Positions 23,343 through 36,617 of a DNA stretch of 64,000 bases are shown here, in pieces (the stretch's first letter is position 1; the number at the start of each line of letters is the position of its first letter). Below the pieces are notes generated by a model that was not told the origin of the DNA, made no database searches, and saw only the letters and a list, made by a program, of their open reading frames with translations. The DNA is from Eledone cirrhosa (taxonomy: Eukaryota): assembly GCA_964016885.1 (NCBI GenBank), contig CAXHJY010001688.1, positions 121,899 through 185,898 on the forward strand. The letters run 5' to 3'. The translations under genes were made by a program, and so were the position numbers.

Positions 23343-23859
23343 CGAAAAAAACCTTAAATGTTAGACAAAATAATATATAGATAGACTGAGAGAGAGTGGG
23401 ATAGCTTAAGAGCGAGAGAGAGGGGGGCGTTAATGGAGTTATAGAAAGAAAGGTTGTGAGCAAAGAAGTTAATGAGTGTGAGAGAGAAGTCGTGTAATAA
23501 ACGATGTTGTGAGAACCATTGGAATATTAATATAATTCCTACTCATTTGAAACAAACACTGATCAAGGTGCTCCAGTTGTGATTATTTTTTATTTTTTTA
23601 AATTATTGTTTTTTAGACCTAGTGCATCCATCTAGAATTATCTCCAACCTTTCGCCCGGGACCCAGAAGTGGAGGGCAAGTTAGATGGAGGTGAAGGATA
23701 TTCGTACGGACGTCACTTCCCTTCTATTTCTTTAAAATTATAGATAGTATTTATGTTTATCTGATATACATAACGTATATTATTAGGATATAAACTCTTA
23801 ACTGTAATGATTTAACATAAACACAATGACCTTCTTTGTTTTCAAATGATTTACTTCAT

Positions 23860-24038
23860 AATTATTGTTTCTACTTTTTGCACAAGGCCAGCAAGTATCC
23901 CGGTACATTACAGGTACTTTATTTTATCGATCCCGTAGGGATGAAAGGCAAAGTTAGCCTCGACGGGATTTGAACTCAGTCCGTAAAGAGACGTAACTAT
24001 GTTAGAAAGCATGGCGCCCAACCCTCTACCGATACTGT
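23860..24038 (-). mobile_element. tRNA-derived SINE
   Basis: Same consensus as 18725-18880, including the ttgtttctactttt.gcacaaggccagcaa tail. Confidence 0.85.
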
Positions 24039-24071
24039 CATGAAACAAAGATTTTTCATCATTAAGATGTT

Positions 24072-24370
24072 CTCAGTTCAAATCTTGTCGAGGTTAGCTT
24101 TGCCTTTCATCCTTACGGGGTTCGTAAATAAAGCACTAGTAATGTACTGGGTTGATTTAATCGACTTTCCGCTCCCTTCAAATTGCCGGTCTTGTGCCTA
24201 AAATAGAAACAATTATTAAGGCCGTGAGTTTAAATCCCACCGAGGTTAACTTTACCTTTCACCCTTACGGTGTCGATAAAATAAAGTACCAACAACGTTT
24301 TGGGAACGATTTAATCAATTTTCCCTTCTCCCCAAATGGTTGGCCTTGTGCCTAGATCAGAAACTATTAT
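24072..24370 (+). mobile_element. Two tandem 5'-truncated SINE copies
   Basis: agttcaaatc...gaggtta.ctttgcctttcatccttacgggg...ccttgtgccta...gaaac occurs twice (about 24072-24217 and 24224-24370). Confidence 0.8.
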
Positions 24371-24639
24371 AAAGATGGTGTTTGGAACATAACTTAACAG
24401 GTGTTCTTACATGAAGTTATCAAATATATACTGTATATTTCTTTTAATATGGCTTTACATAATATGAGGAGGGTATTTGGCTGCTATTTCAGGCAACGCG
24501 AGAGACCACATAGAAATCATTTTGCTGGTTCCTGTGGTTGAATATTTTGTGTAGCCAGAAGACAGTTCTGTTGAAGTAGACCTATTACGAAGGGCATTTG
24601 ATTTGCCACACCCAATCTTGCAATGTTTCCTTTTTAGGT

Positions 24640-25033
24640 AAAGCATACGATCGCAAATAAAAGCGGACTAAATGGGGTTCCTCCGAAGGGTCTTTGGAGT
24701 AACATTACTCAATAGAGTGTGTAGCTCGGAGATCAGAGATTCACTCCAGGTAGAACCCCTACTTGTCCGACTTGAGAGATCATAGCTCTGATACTAAGGA
24801 CATGTGGTTAGAATGTCTCAGGAAAGAAACACTGGACAGGTTTTACAGGCATAACCAACCGACAGGAGACCCAGGAGTAGACCTTGAGCAAGATGGTTGG
24901 ATAACACCCATGAGCTTGGCTGGTCTCGCTTGGGGATCCAGCTGGATCAGTTGGAGACGGTTGCTCCTAACAGGACCCACTGGGGGAATGTTTGAGGACT
25001 CTTTCCCCCGGTCCTGAAGTGGGCGAAGAAGAA
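24640..25033 (+). mobile_element. Degraded RTE-clade LINE 3' fragment
   Basis: Translates to MGFLRRVFGVTLLNRVCSSEIRDSLQVEPLLVRLERS...GHVVRMSQE...RPRSRP, with stops. Confidence 0.8.
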
Positions 25034-25489
25034 ATATATGTAGAACTATATTTCCGAATCTACCCTGTACGTGAAATCGTATTATTGTCATTTGGCTATT
25101 TAATTTACTAAGTCAATAAATACTATGATGATTTCTCGTTCTTTTTTTATTTCCTATAGTTGTTGTAATTGTTTTTATTGTAGTTGTTTAGGCCCAGATC
25201 AAACATGATGTGGCCTACGTATAAACTAAAGCACATTCTCTGATACCAATTAATGGTGGTGTATGTTGTAAGATCTGAAGCACTCAATGTGTCCAGTGAT
25301 ACAACATAGATGATATGCCCTAATATGCGCAGCCATAGATATTTGAAGAACTTGAACCATCTACACCATCTATTTTATTACCAATTATTCAAACTGTCAG
25401 TCAATAACTAATAATTAACGCTCATGTTTAACTTAGATCAACTAATAGGCAACTAGATTTTTTTCCATTTTATATCTTAACAAATACAA

Positions 25490-26345
25490 CAAAGATAAAT
25501 AATTTATATTATATTCAAATGTTTCATATGTTTTTCAGTACCACCTTTTAATTTTAAGAGCAGAGATAAGCTTCTTAAAAATATAGAAATATATACACAA
25601 TTTATATAACACTCAAAATGTTATCTAAACTCATAGATATGTTTTTAGTACATCTATGTATTAATAGCAATGATCAGCTTCTAAAACTATAGAGATATAT
25701 CCATAATTTATATCTTCAAAAGCTTCATATAAATTCATAGATATTTTTTCAGTACAACACTTTATTAAGAGCAAAGATCAGCTTCTTAAAAATATAGAAA
25801 TATATTCATAATTTATATTATACTCAAAAGGTTTATATCAACTAAATATCTTTTTCAGCACAACATTGTATTAAGAGCAAAGATCAGCCTCTTAAAAACA
25901 GAGATTTATCAATAATGATTATTATAATCAAAAGGTTTATATAACTCATAGACAATTCTTTCAGTACAACATTGTATTTTTAAGATCAAAGGTCAACCTC
26001 TTAAAAATATAGAAATATATGAGATATAGGCATAATTTATATTATGTTCTATATGAATTCATAAATATTTTCTTCAGTGCAACTATGTATTAATAGGAAA
26101 GAACAGCCTCTTAAAAATATCGAGATATATACACAATTTGTATTATACTCAAAAGATTTATATAAACTCATAGACCGTTTTTCCAGTAAAACATTGAACG
26201 AAGAGTAAATAATATCTTCTGAAAATATATAGAGATATATTAATACTGCATATTACAGTCAAAAGGTTTATATAAACTAGATAGATATTAGGTACAGTAT
26301 CATATTTTTAAGAGCAAAAATCATCTTCATAAGAATATAAATATA
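25490..26345. repeat. Diverged AT-rich tandem repeat, ~107-bp unit, about 8 copies
   Basis: agagcaaagatcagcttcttaaaaatatag-like motif at about 25557, 25664, 25768, 25874, 25983, 26093, 26202, 26311. Confidence 0.8.
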
Positions 26346-26954
26346 AAGCTATATTTAAATCTCCACGGAATCTTACAACTAAAATGAAGATGTTGCGGTG
26401 TATGTTTCCTGGAAACAATATATAATACGGGAGTGCAGCATGTAATTAATTAATGTTGTTAATCATTTGCCTCGGTATTGAAATCTATTACATTTAATTA
26501 GACATTTTCAATTATTAGTTTTATAAAATATACATTTATAATTACCTTTATAATATTGTTGTTCATAAACTTTGGAAATTTAAATTAGATGCGTGTTGAA
26601 ATAACTGATAAAATATTCCATTTCTGCCCTCTTCGTTATCACTTGCCATATTTGGTCGTATTGGGAGTGTTGTCTTGAGAGAATATTTCCAATATTTATA
26701 TTTTCTTTCGGGATTTTCATCGAAACAAGATAAAAATAACAAGATATACACAGCACAAAATTACTATTCAATACTTATATCTGTGTAGGTTTAATCTTCC
26801 TGGGGTAATAGGTTTATTAGGTTTATACAAGGATCAAACCATATACAGCAAGTTAATAGAAGCTTTAGTGTTTAACTAACTTTCATAAATTCTAATTTGA
26901 AACTCTGCTAGGTTTAAACTTAACTCGCAGATTTGTAACATTGATGCACGGTAT

Positions 26955-27142
26955 ATAATTGTTTCTACTGTTGGTACAAGATCAGCAATTACCCAGTGTA
27001 TTACTGGTACTTTATTTTATCGACGCCGTAAGGATAAAAGGCAAAGTTAACCTCGGCGGGATTTGAACTCAGACCATAAAGGTACGTAACTCTTTGCTGC
27101 AAAGCATGGCGTCCGATCCTCTACCGATACTGCAAACCACCG
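26955..27142 (-). mobile_element. tRNA-derived SINE
   Basis: Same consensus as the other copies. Confidence 0.85.
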
Positions 27143-27660
27143 GTATATATATAATGAAAGCAGAACGAAACATATCTTTACAATGATAGAGAATAGCTGC
27201 CTGGCTAAAAAAATAATACATTAATGTCATGTTAATCAACTGCAACCTGTGTGTAAAATTAGGATACACACAGATTTTATACTCAGGTCTAAGTAAAGGG
27301 CCTAACTCTATGCCACGAAGCATGTGGTCTAATTATTCATACAATCCACTACCCTCAGCATTGCGATTCATCGTGTATTAATGCTTTGGCTCCAAGAGAT
27401 TGTTCCATTTACATATGTCAACTCCAGTGTGTTTCTACAAGTCAAGGTCACAGCAATAAACATACATAGTTCTTACTGTAGCAACTAAGTGAGATTCTAA
27501 ACACAATGTGAAAAATAATCTCATCGCTTCAATATGAAAGGATTATTCAAATATAAACGTGTGTTTATTTAGTTTGTTATAATTAAGTCACCATATTACC
27601 AATGGCAATATACGTAAAATACATTCAGGTATCTTTTTTTCCTGTTTGAACTCTTCATAG

Positions 27661-27750
27661 ATTGCATCGTCAACCTGTGTACAGATGTATGAAGCCCCAT
27701 ATCCGTCATATCACCACGTTCTTAAATTCTTATACCACCCACAGACTTCT
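27661..27750 (+). CDS. Candidate 90-nt internal exon of an unidentified gene
   Basis: Pyrimidine tract plus ttcatag acceptor and gtaagt donor; open in two frames (IASSTCVQMYEAPY... or LHRQPVYRCMKPHIRHITTFLNSYTTHRL); homology not recognised. Confidence 0.35.
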
Positions 27751-27839
27751 GTAAGTCCTACAGGCAACGGCGTATGAATCGCCCTGCATTTTCGGATAAG
27801 CAGGAGATGTTATGTTCGTCTGTTCTAAGCTGAAGCCTC

Positions 27840-28085
27840 ATCAGCCCGTTGCTTGTCCCTAGTTTCCTTGGCGTTAAGCAATTGGGGGTATAAAACAATC
27901 CCTGGCAAGACGCTAATCTATCGCAGGATTAACTCCCCAGCTACTGCTGGTACTTACTCTCAGCTGAGTGTACTGTAGCAACGTGAAATAAAGTATTTTG
28001 CTCATGTACACAACGCAGCAGCCTGCCCAGGAATCTAACCGATGACTTTAGGATCGTATGGCAAGCATCAGAACCATTAAGCTAT
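27840..28085 (-). mobile_element. Older tRNA-headed SINE with conserved central domain
   Basis: ctggtacttactctcagctgagtgtactgtagcaacgtgaaataaagtattttgctca...acacaac followed by a reversed tRNA-like head. Confidence 0.6.
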
Positions 28086-28380
28086 GTAGATAGTCTTAAA
28101 ATTTATTGTTGTTTTAATTGTGAAAGGAAGCATTCTCTTTAGTGAGACACATCACGTCTCCTTTTTCTCTTCCTGAAGTTAACTCATGTTCTTTATAAAT
28201 ACTAGCAGAAAAACCACCCGAAGGGTGGTTCTCTGTTAGTATATGTAGTGTGCATATTTATATTGTATGCAAATATACATGCATGTAAATATTATACATC
28301 AAAATAAAATCGTAATTGACAATATGCACAGAAATTGGAGAGAGACTGTGTTACAATCTCTTTTGAAATCAGTAAAGTAA

Positions 28381-29620
28381 TCTATATATATAAAACTGAG
28401 GTTGTCTGTCTGTCTATCGATTTTTGGCACACATCTCCTCTTAGAATCTCTCACGGAATTGCAGCGAAATTGCTATACTTGTACATTGAGCCCTAGCGAA
28501 GACATCGGAAAAAATATTTCAAATTGACCCGCCCTATCTGACGAAATCGAATATAATGTATCGATTTTTGAGCGTAAGTGATGAGTTATTTCCCTTTGTT
28601 CTGTTTACATTCAGCGTAGCGTCTTACGTTCTCTTTACATTTTCTGCGTGCAAAAATTAAAAAAATGATTTCCCTTTGTTCTGTTTACATTCAGCGTAGC
28701 GTCTTACGTTCTGTTTACATTTTCTGTGTGCAAAAATTAAAAAAATTACGCTGGCAAAAATTAAAAAAATTACGCTGGCTTTCTCAGCGTTTAAAATGAC
28801 ATTAACACAATACACGAACAGTTGTCGAGCCAGCAAAATTTTGACCTGCAAAATTCATCAGTTCGAACACTAAGCTTCCGTTTTGCTTCATTTCCATTTA
28901 AAAGCCTTTTAAAACAATATTTTTACTTGAAAACAAGTCTATTTAAAGACTACGTAAAACAAGCAAATATTTCGTAAAAAAAAGCAAAAATTATATAAGT
29001 TTATTTAAAATATATGTATCTGTAAATTTCGTTAGGCGTGCAGACAGACAGTCGTGCAGACAGACAGTCGTGCAGAGAGGTGATATACGCGTGCAGACAG
29101 ACAGTCATGCAGAGAGGTGATATAGGCGTGCAGACAGACAGTCATGCAGAGAGGTGATATAGGCGATTATTTCCCTTTTATGGAATGAGCAGACGATTAG
29201 CGAATGTGCAGACGATTAAGTAAATCTTTAGTAGAGTGAATTGGAATCTCCAGTTTGTTTAATAGCTTCATTTGCACTGTACTGCCTTTGTATGCTACAA
29301 CGCTTTAAAAGTTCGGCGAGTTCATTACTTCGTAAGTTATTGATATTTATTTTTTTATTACGACGGTTAGCAAACTTTCCCTATTAAACGTTTAAATTAA
29401 TTTTACGGTCTTATAAGGCTGAATTTACTTTAATTCGGGTTATCGTTATGTTTTCTTAACTTCATAAGGCATATTGTTGGTTGAGGGAATATTAATCAAA
29501 AACACCACATGCAAGTCTGCACAGTAGACACTACAGTTTTTAAGCCAAAAAAGAAACTTAACATTGTAACTTTAACACAGCTACTGAGCGACCCCGAGCA
29601 ACGCCGGGCTTTACTGCTAG
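28381..29620 (+). mobile_element. Non-autonomous Helitron (1240 bp)
   Basis: Starts TC (tctatatatataaaa...ctgtctgtct), ends with hairpin cccg-agcaacgc-cggg plus CTAG; inserted between A and T without duplication; empty site at about 36773. Confidence 0.9.
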
Positions 29621-29900
29621 TCCATGATACATTTAAAAAAGACGATATTATATATAAACTGTATTACGGTGAAATGTAGTGAAACCTTATATAACGATAC
29701 ACATATAAGGATGTTTATATAAGCGATGTAATAAGTGTTATGATATAACAGACGCTAACCGGAAGTATTGACATTTGAAAATTTTAAAAGAAGTGAATCT
29801 GAAAATAAGCAATCATTATATATAAGAATATTTATGTTTAATCAACAGCTACGGAATTTAGTAGATAAATTATGTAATATTCATTCATTATTTATTCAAA

Positions 29901-29975
29901 ACGGGGTCGATAAAATAAAGTACCAGTAATGCACTGGGTAATTTTTGGCCTTGTGCCTAAAGTAGAAACAATTAT
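29901..29975 (+). mobile_element. SINE 3' fragment
   Basis: acggggtcgataaaataaagtaccagtaa...ggccttgtgcctaaagtagaaacaatt. Confidence 0.8.
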
Positions 29976-30774
29976 TTATTCAAAGTAATCTAACTTATTT
30001 TACTAACGGGATAAAAAAAAACATATTCGGGACGCAGTCCCGCACTCCTCCCTTTATTATAGTTATGATATGTTGTTGCGTTCATGTTCTTATTTTGAGA
30101 AAGTGTGCTTACCATACTATTGTTCTGTAGGATCCCAATAATTTATATACTTATACCTGAAAGAGTTTATATTCTGATAATTTGCACTATAGTAATCAAA
30201 TAATAGATATTCAACTATAACTGCTATTGTATCATATTTCATATACAATTCATGTTTTTCTCTTCTTTTCAACAGAACGTCAGTTGAGTGAGAATCAAAG
30301 ACACAGTTACCTATAATCGAATTTCATCCGTATTAGAAAGCAATGAAAGAATTGTTACTCAGCAGCCAATCAAAGAAGAAATATATTTTTTACATTAATA
30401 CCTCTAAGAGAATATTTGGAAGTTTTCCTGGCCGTATTCATGCTTCGTTTTAACATTTCTTTTTATACCTGCCAGCTTTTCATAGATCACATATTTCGTT
30501 AGTCAAAGAATTATTCACCAAACGAAATTACATTGAAATATGTAATACACCCGGAAACTAATCTTCTCTGATTTTTTCTCCTTCTAATTTTCTCTCTTTC
30601 TCTCTATCTCTCTCTCTCTCCCCCTCTCTCTCTATCTCTATATCTCTCTATCTCTCTATATCTCCCTCTCTCTCTCTCTCTTCCTATCTATCTATCTTTT
30701 ATTTCTTATGAATTCCAACAAGATGTGGATTAGAAAAATATAGCCTCAGGCATATATGGAAAAGTTTGATGGTG

Positions 30775-32119
30775 AACAACAACAACATCGTCAAATACAA
30801 CAACAACAACAACATCGTCAAATACAACAACAACAACAACAACGTCAAATACAACAACAACAACAACATCGTCAAATACAACAACAACAACAACAACGTC
30901 AAATACAACAATAACAACAACAACAACATCATCAAATACAACAACAACAATAACAACGACATCGTCAAATACAACAACAAAATCGTCAAAGACAACAACA
31001 TCGTCAAAAACAACAACAACAACAACAACATCGTCGAATACAACAACAACAACAACATCGTCAAAAACAACAACAACAACAACATCGTCAAATAACAACA
31101 ACAACATCGTCAAATACAACAACAACAACAACGTCAAATACAACAATAACAACAACAACAACATCGTCAAATACAACAACAACAATAACAACGACATCGT
31201 CAAATACAACAACAACATCGTCAAAGACAACAACAACATCGTCAAATACAACAACAACAACAACAACAACGTCAAATACAACAACAACAACGTCAAATAC
31301 AACAGCAACAACAACAACAACGTCAAATACAACAACAACATCGTCAAATACAACAACAACAACAACAACAACGTCAAATACAACAACAACAACAACGTCA
31401 AATACAACAATAACAACATCGTCAAATACAACAACAACAACAACAACGTCAAATACAACAACAACAGCATCGTCAAATACAACAATAACAACATCGTCAA
31501 ATACAACAACAACAACAACAACGTCAAATACAACAACAACAACATCGTCAAATACAACAATAACAACATCGTCAAATACAACAACAACAACAACAACGTC
31601 AAATACAACAACAACAACAACGTCAAATACAACAACAACAACGTCAAATACAACAACAACAACAACAACGTCAAATACAACAACAACAACAACAACGTCA
31701 AATACAACAACAACAACATCGTCAAATACAACAATAACAACATCGTCAAATACAACAACAACAACAACAACGTCAAATACAACAATAACAACATCGTCAA
31801 ATACAACAACAACAACAACAACGTCAAATACAACAACAACAACAACGTCAAATACAACAACAACAACAACAACAACGGCATCGTAAAATACAACAACAAC
31901 AACAACGTCAAATACAACAACAACAACAACAACGTCAAATACAACAACAACAACAACAACAACGGCATCGTAAAATACAACAACAACAACAACAACGTCA
32001 AATACAACAACAACAACAATATTGTCAAATACAACAACAACAACAACAACAAATACGACAACAACAACAACATCGTCAAATACAACAACAACAACAACAA
32101 CATTGTCAAATACAACAAC
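30775..32119. repeat. Compound minisatellite (CAA)n-(cat)cgtcaaata with variable CAA count
   Basis: Dozens of cgtcaaata anchors separated by variable CAA runs. Confidence 0.95.
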
Positions 32120-32142
32120 TTAGGGCATCAACATATGTTAGT

Positions 32143-34198
32143 CTTAGGGCATCAACGTCGTCAACATTGGTCTTCCCCTTCCAGTGTGTCCATGCAGGGG
32201 CTCCCACAGGATCACTGAGTGCAGTGTCAACTCTGGATGTCTGTCCTTAGGGCATCAACGTCGTCAACCTTGGTCTTCCCCTTCCAGTGTGTCCATGTAG
32301 GGGCTCCCACAGGATCACTGAGTGCAGTGTCAACTCTGGAAGTCTGTCCTTAGGGCATCAACGTCGTCAACCTTGGTCTTCCCCTTCCAGTGTGTCCATG
32401 TAGGGGCTCCCACAGGATCACTGAGTGCAGTGTCAACTCTGGAAGTCTGTCCTTAGGGCATCAACGTCGTCAACCTTGGTCTTCCCCTTCCAGTGTGTCC
32501 ATGTAGGGGCTCCCACAGGATCACTGAGTGCAGTGTCAACTCTGGAAGTCTGTCCTTAGGGCATCAACGTCGTCAACCTTGGTCTTCCCCTTCCAGTGTG
32601 TCCATGTAGGGGCTCCCACAGGATCACTGAGTGCAGTGTGAACTCTGGATGTCTGTCCTTAGGGCATCAACGTCGTCAACCTTGGTCTTCCCCTTCCAGT
32701 GTGTCCATGTAGGGGCTCCCACAGGATCACTGAGTGCAGTGTCAACTCTGGAAGTCTGTCCTTAGGGCATCAACGTCGTCAACCTTGGTCTTCCCCTTCC
32801 AGTGTGTCCATGTAGGGGCTCCCACAGGATCACTGAGTGCAGTGTCAACTCTGGAAGTCTGTCCTTAGGGCATCAACGTCGTCAACCTTGGTCTTCCCCT
32901 TCCAGTGTGTCCATGTAGGGGCTCCCACAGGATCACTGAGTGCAGTGTCAACTCTGGAAGTCTGTCCTTAGGGCATCAACGTCGTCAACCTTGGTCTTCC
33001 CCTTCCAGTGTGTCCATGTAGGGGCTCCCACAGGATCACTGAGTGCAGTGTCAACTCTGGAAGTCTGTCCTTAGGGCATCAACGTCGTCAACCTTGGTCT
33101 TCCCCTTCCAGTGTGTCCATGCAGGGGCTCCCACAGGATCACTGAGTGCAGTGTCAACTCTGGAAGTCTGTCCTTAGGGCATCAACGTCGTCAACCTTGG
33201 TCTTCCCCTTCCAGTGTGTCCATGCAGGGGCTCCCACAGGATCACTGAGTGCAGTGTCAACTCTGGAAGTCTGTCCTTAGGGCATCAACGTCGTCAACCT
33301 TGGTCTTCCCCTTCCAGTGTGTCCATGTAGGGGCTCCCACAGGATCACTGAGTGCAGTGTCAACTCTGGAAGTCTGTCCTTAGGGCATCAACGTCGTCAA
33401 CCTTGGTCTTCCCCTTCCAGTGTGTCCATGTAGGGGCTCCCACAGGATCACTGAGTGCAGTGTCAACTCTGGAAGTCTGTCCTTAGGGCATCAACGTCGT
33501 CAACCTTGGTCTTCCCCTTCCAGTGTGTCCATGTAGGGGCTCCCACAGGATCACTGAGTGCAGTGTCAACTCTGGAAGTCTGTCCTTAGGGCATCAACGT
33601 CGTCAACCTTGGTCTTCCCCTTCCAGTGTGTCCATGTAGGGGCTCCCACAGGATCACTGAGTGCAGTGTCAACTCTGGAAGTCTGTCCTTAGGGCATCAA
33701 CGTCGTCAACCTTGGTCTTCCCCTTCCAGTGTGTCCATGTAGGGGCTCCCACAGGATCACTGAGTGCAGTGTCAACTCTGGAAGTCTGTCCTTAGGGCAT
33801 CAACGTCGTCAACCTTGGTCTTCCCCTTCCAGTGTGTCCATGTAGGGGCTCCCACAGGATCACTGAGTGCAGTGTCAACTCTGGAAGTCTGTCCTTAGGG
33901 CATCAACGTCGTCAACCTTGGTCTTCCCCTTCCAGTGTGTCCATGTAGGGGCTCCCACAGGATCACTGAGTGCAGTGTCAACTCTGGAAGTCTGTCCTTA
34001 GGGCATCAACGTCGTCAACCTTGGTCTTCCCCTTCCAGTGTGTCCATGTAGGGGCTCCCACAGGATCACTGAGTGCAGTGTCAACTCTGGAAGTCTGTCC
34101 TTAGGGCATCAACGTCGTCAACCTTGGTCTTCCCCTTCCAGTGTGTCCATGTAGGGGCTCCCACAGGATCACTGAGTGCAGTGTCAACTCTGGATGTC
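32143..34198 (-). repeat. 103-bp tandem satellite, 20 near-identical copies, derived from RTE coding sequence
   Basis: Unit starts cttagggcatc at 32143, 32246, 32349 ... 34100; minus strand reads ILWEPLHGHTGRGRPRLT. Confidence 0.95.
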
Positions 34199-34313
34199 GG
34201 TGAGTTTCTTGGTCAGTGTCCAAGTCTCAGACCCGTACAGACACCACTATAGCAATGAAGAAGCGGATTTTCAGGTCTTTACGAAGGTCCGACTTCCACA
34301 CCGATCTCAAGCT
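34199..34313 (-). mobile_element. RTE-clade LINE fragment contiguous with the satellite
   Basis: VWKSDLRKDLKIRFFIA and LYGSETWTLTKKL on the minus strand. Confidence 0.8.
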
Positions 34314-34406
34314 GATGATATCTATGATGGTGATATTGTGGTGATGATGATGGTGATGATGATGATATGGTGATGACGATGATGGTGGTGATGACGATGA
34401 TAGTGG

Positions 34407-34441
<35 letters not shown>

Positions 34442-34531
34442 CAATAAGTATGTATATATATATCATTGAGTAAAATGACAGGAGGCCGAGCGGCGAAACT
34501 GTTCTATTCAGTGGTGAACTACCAAACTTAA

Positions 34532-34580
<49 letters not shown>

Positions 34581-34581
34581 T

Positions 34582-34752
34582 CGGTAGAGGGTCGGACGCC
34601 ATGCTTTGCACCAAATAGTTACGGCCCTTTATGATCTGAGTTCAAATCTCGCCGAGGTTAACTTTGCCTTTCATCCTTACGGGGTCGATAAAATAAAGTA
34701 CCAGTAATACACTGGGATAATTGCTGGCCTTGTGCCAAAAGTAGAAACAATT
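34582..34752 (+). mobile_element. tRNA-derived SINE
   Basis: cggtagagggtcggacgcc...ctgagttcaaatc...gtagaaacaatt. Confidence 0.85.
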
Positions 34753-34797
34753 ATATTATATTTACAACCATTTATAATTATATACGTTCGGATCTAG

Positions 34798-35036
<239 letters not shown>

Positions 35037-35329
35037 GTTTATAAGGCTTTTGTAGTATGCTAAAGAGAGGAACAAATTATCTGTTTAAAATTATTGGTTT
35101 ATAAGATATTTATCACTATTTAGTTTCGCCTCTCACTCTCTCTCTCTCACCCTCAATCACTCTTTCTCTCACTAACCCTCTCTCTCCTCTTCCTCTCTCT
35201 CTCACTTTCTCTCACTAACTCTCACTCCCCCTCTCTCTCTCTCTCATTCACTCATCGCACTCTCTCTCTCATTCAATCTCTCTAACTTACACTTCCTCGA
35301 TCTAACGACTATCGTCTACCTATGTCTGT

Positions 35330-35480
35330 GTGTAACCCCCAAAACGCCTCCTCCCTATTGAGGACTGTATCGTTAATTTTATATTTGTTATTTGTTTTTT
35401 ACTCGTTCCTTTATGAAAACTCCCCTCCCCCCCTTGTATTTGTCCCCTTCTGTTGTGCCCTCGTGGCAAATAAATAGAAA
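35330..35480 (+). mobile_element. Tx1-like LINE 3' UTR fragment
   Basis: Similar to 40770-40912 (cgcctc...ctattg.gga...ttgtatt...gtgccct.gtggc.aataaa). Confidence 0.55.
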
Positions 35481-35704
35481 CTTATCTTCTACCTATGTTT
35501 GTTGTAGCAATATCATAAATTATTCACATGGATAATAACAAACGTTGGTAATCTGTAAATATATACGAATATACAAAAATATGGTATCATATCTCCTCTA
35601 TCTTATCATATCTCCTCTCAGGTTATTTCTATTGGTTGGACAATAGTATATATACATCTTTAATTACACTTCATGTTGAATATTCGATTTGTCAGACATA
35701 AATG

Positions 35705-35910
35705 GTTTCAGATTGAAGCACAAGTCCAGCAATTCTGGAGGAGGGGAAAGTCAATTAACTCGACCCTAGTGTATTACTGGTACTTTATTTTATCGACCTC
35801 GTAAAGACGAAAGGCAAAGCTAACCTCGGCCGGATTTGAAATCAGAACGTAATTGACCTTAACACAAAGGATATTGTCTGGCACTCTTCCGATATTTCCA
35901 ATCCACCACC
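35705..35910 (-). mobile_element. tRNA-derived SINE
   Basis: Same consensus as the other copies. Confidence 0.8.
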
Positions 35911-36045
35911 ATTTTGTCAGATATAAATCTGATCATTTATTCATTACATTCTGTTTTGGTCAAATAGTTTGTCTTGTTAGTAGTGTACTCTGGTGTTCCC
36001 AATGTATGTAAGGTTTCTATCTAGTGTAATGTTGTGTGAATTGAC

Positions 36046-36186
36046 AAGAAGAAGAAGAAGAAGAAGAAGAAGAAGAAGAAGAAGAAGAAGAAGAAGAAGA
36101 AGAAGAAGAAGAAGAAGAAGAAGAAGAAGAAGAAGAAGAAGAAGAAGAAGAAGAAGAAGAAGAAGAAGAAGAAGAAGAAGAAGAAG
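36046..36186. repeat. Perfect (AAG)n microsatellite
   Basis: Uninterrupted run of about 47 units. Confidence 0.97.
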
Positions 36187-36617
36187 GGGGTTACATAGGA
36201 CTTAAAAGTTCCTCTGTATATATTTTCACCTGCCACCATCGGCACGGAGTTGATTACCCGCAGGTGTGAGCCCCACGAACTGGAATGGCCCTTCCAACAT
36301 GTCTCCCTCATAATCCTCAGGGGAAACATCTTTTCTATTCTGTTCGCCAGGGCGAGAAGTGCGTGGACCCACCCACATTTGCTGATGCGGAGGGAGAAAT
36401 GAGGAGTGCGAGAGAGATGGAGGCAGTGACTATACCAGTTTTGCTGAAATATTTGTGGAGATAATATGGTGTAGATTATGGGTAAATTTTACAATATGTA
36501 GTATGTATGTTCTCTAGTGTATTTATTATAAAATAAATGATACGTCTTTTGAATTTTCCCTCTAATCAGTATAGGGTCCATAGCAGTAAAACACTATTTA
36601 CATAATTTGCTGAAATC

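Noticed and set aside
27810-27850. Minus-strand CTGATGAG
   Set aside because: No GAAA or closing stems; lies at a SINE edge.
30699-32118. Poly-Leu, poly-Val and poly-Asn ORFs
   Set aside because: Products of the (CAA)n minisatellite.
32143-34198. CRISPR-like regular array
   Set aside because: Units are contiguous and identical with no unique spacers, there are no cas genes, and the context is eukaryotic.
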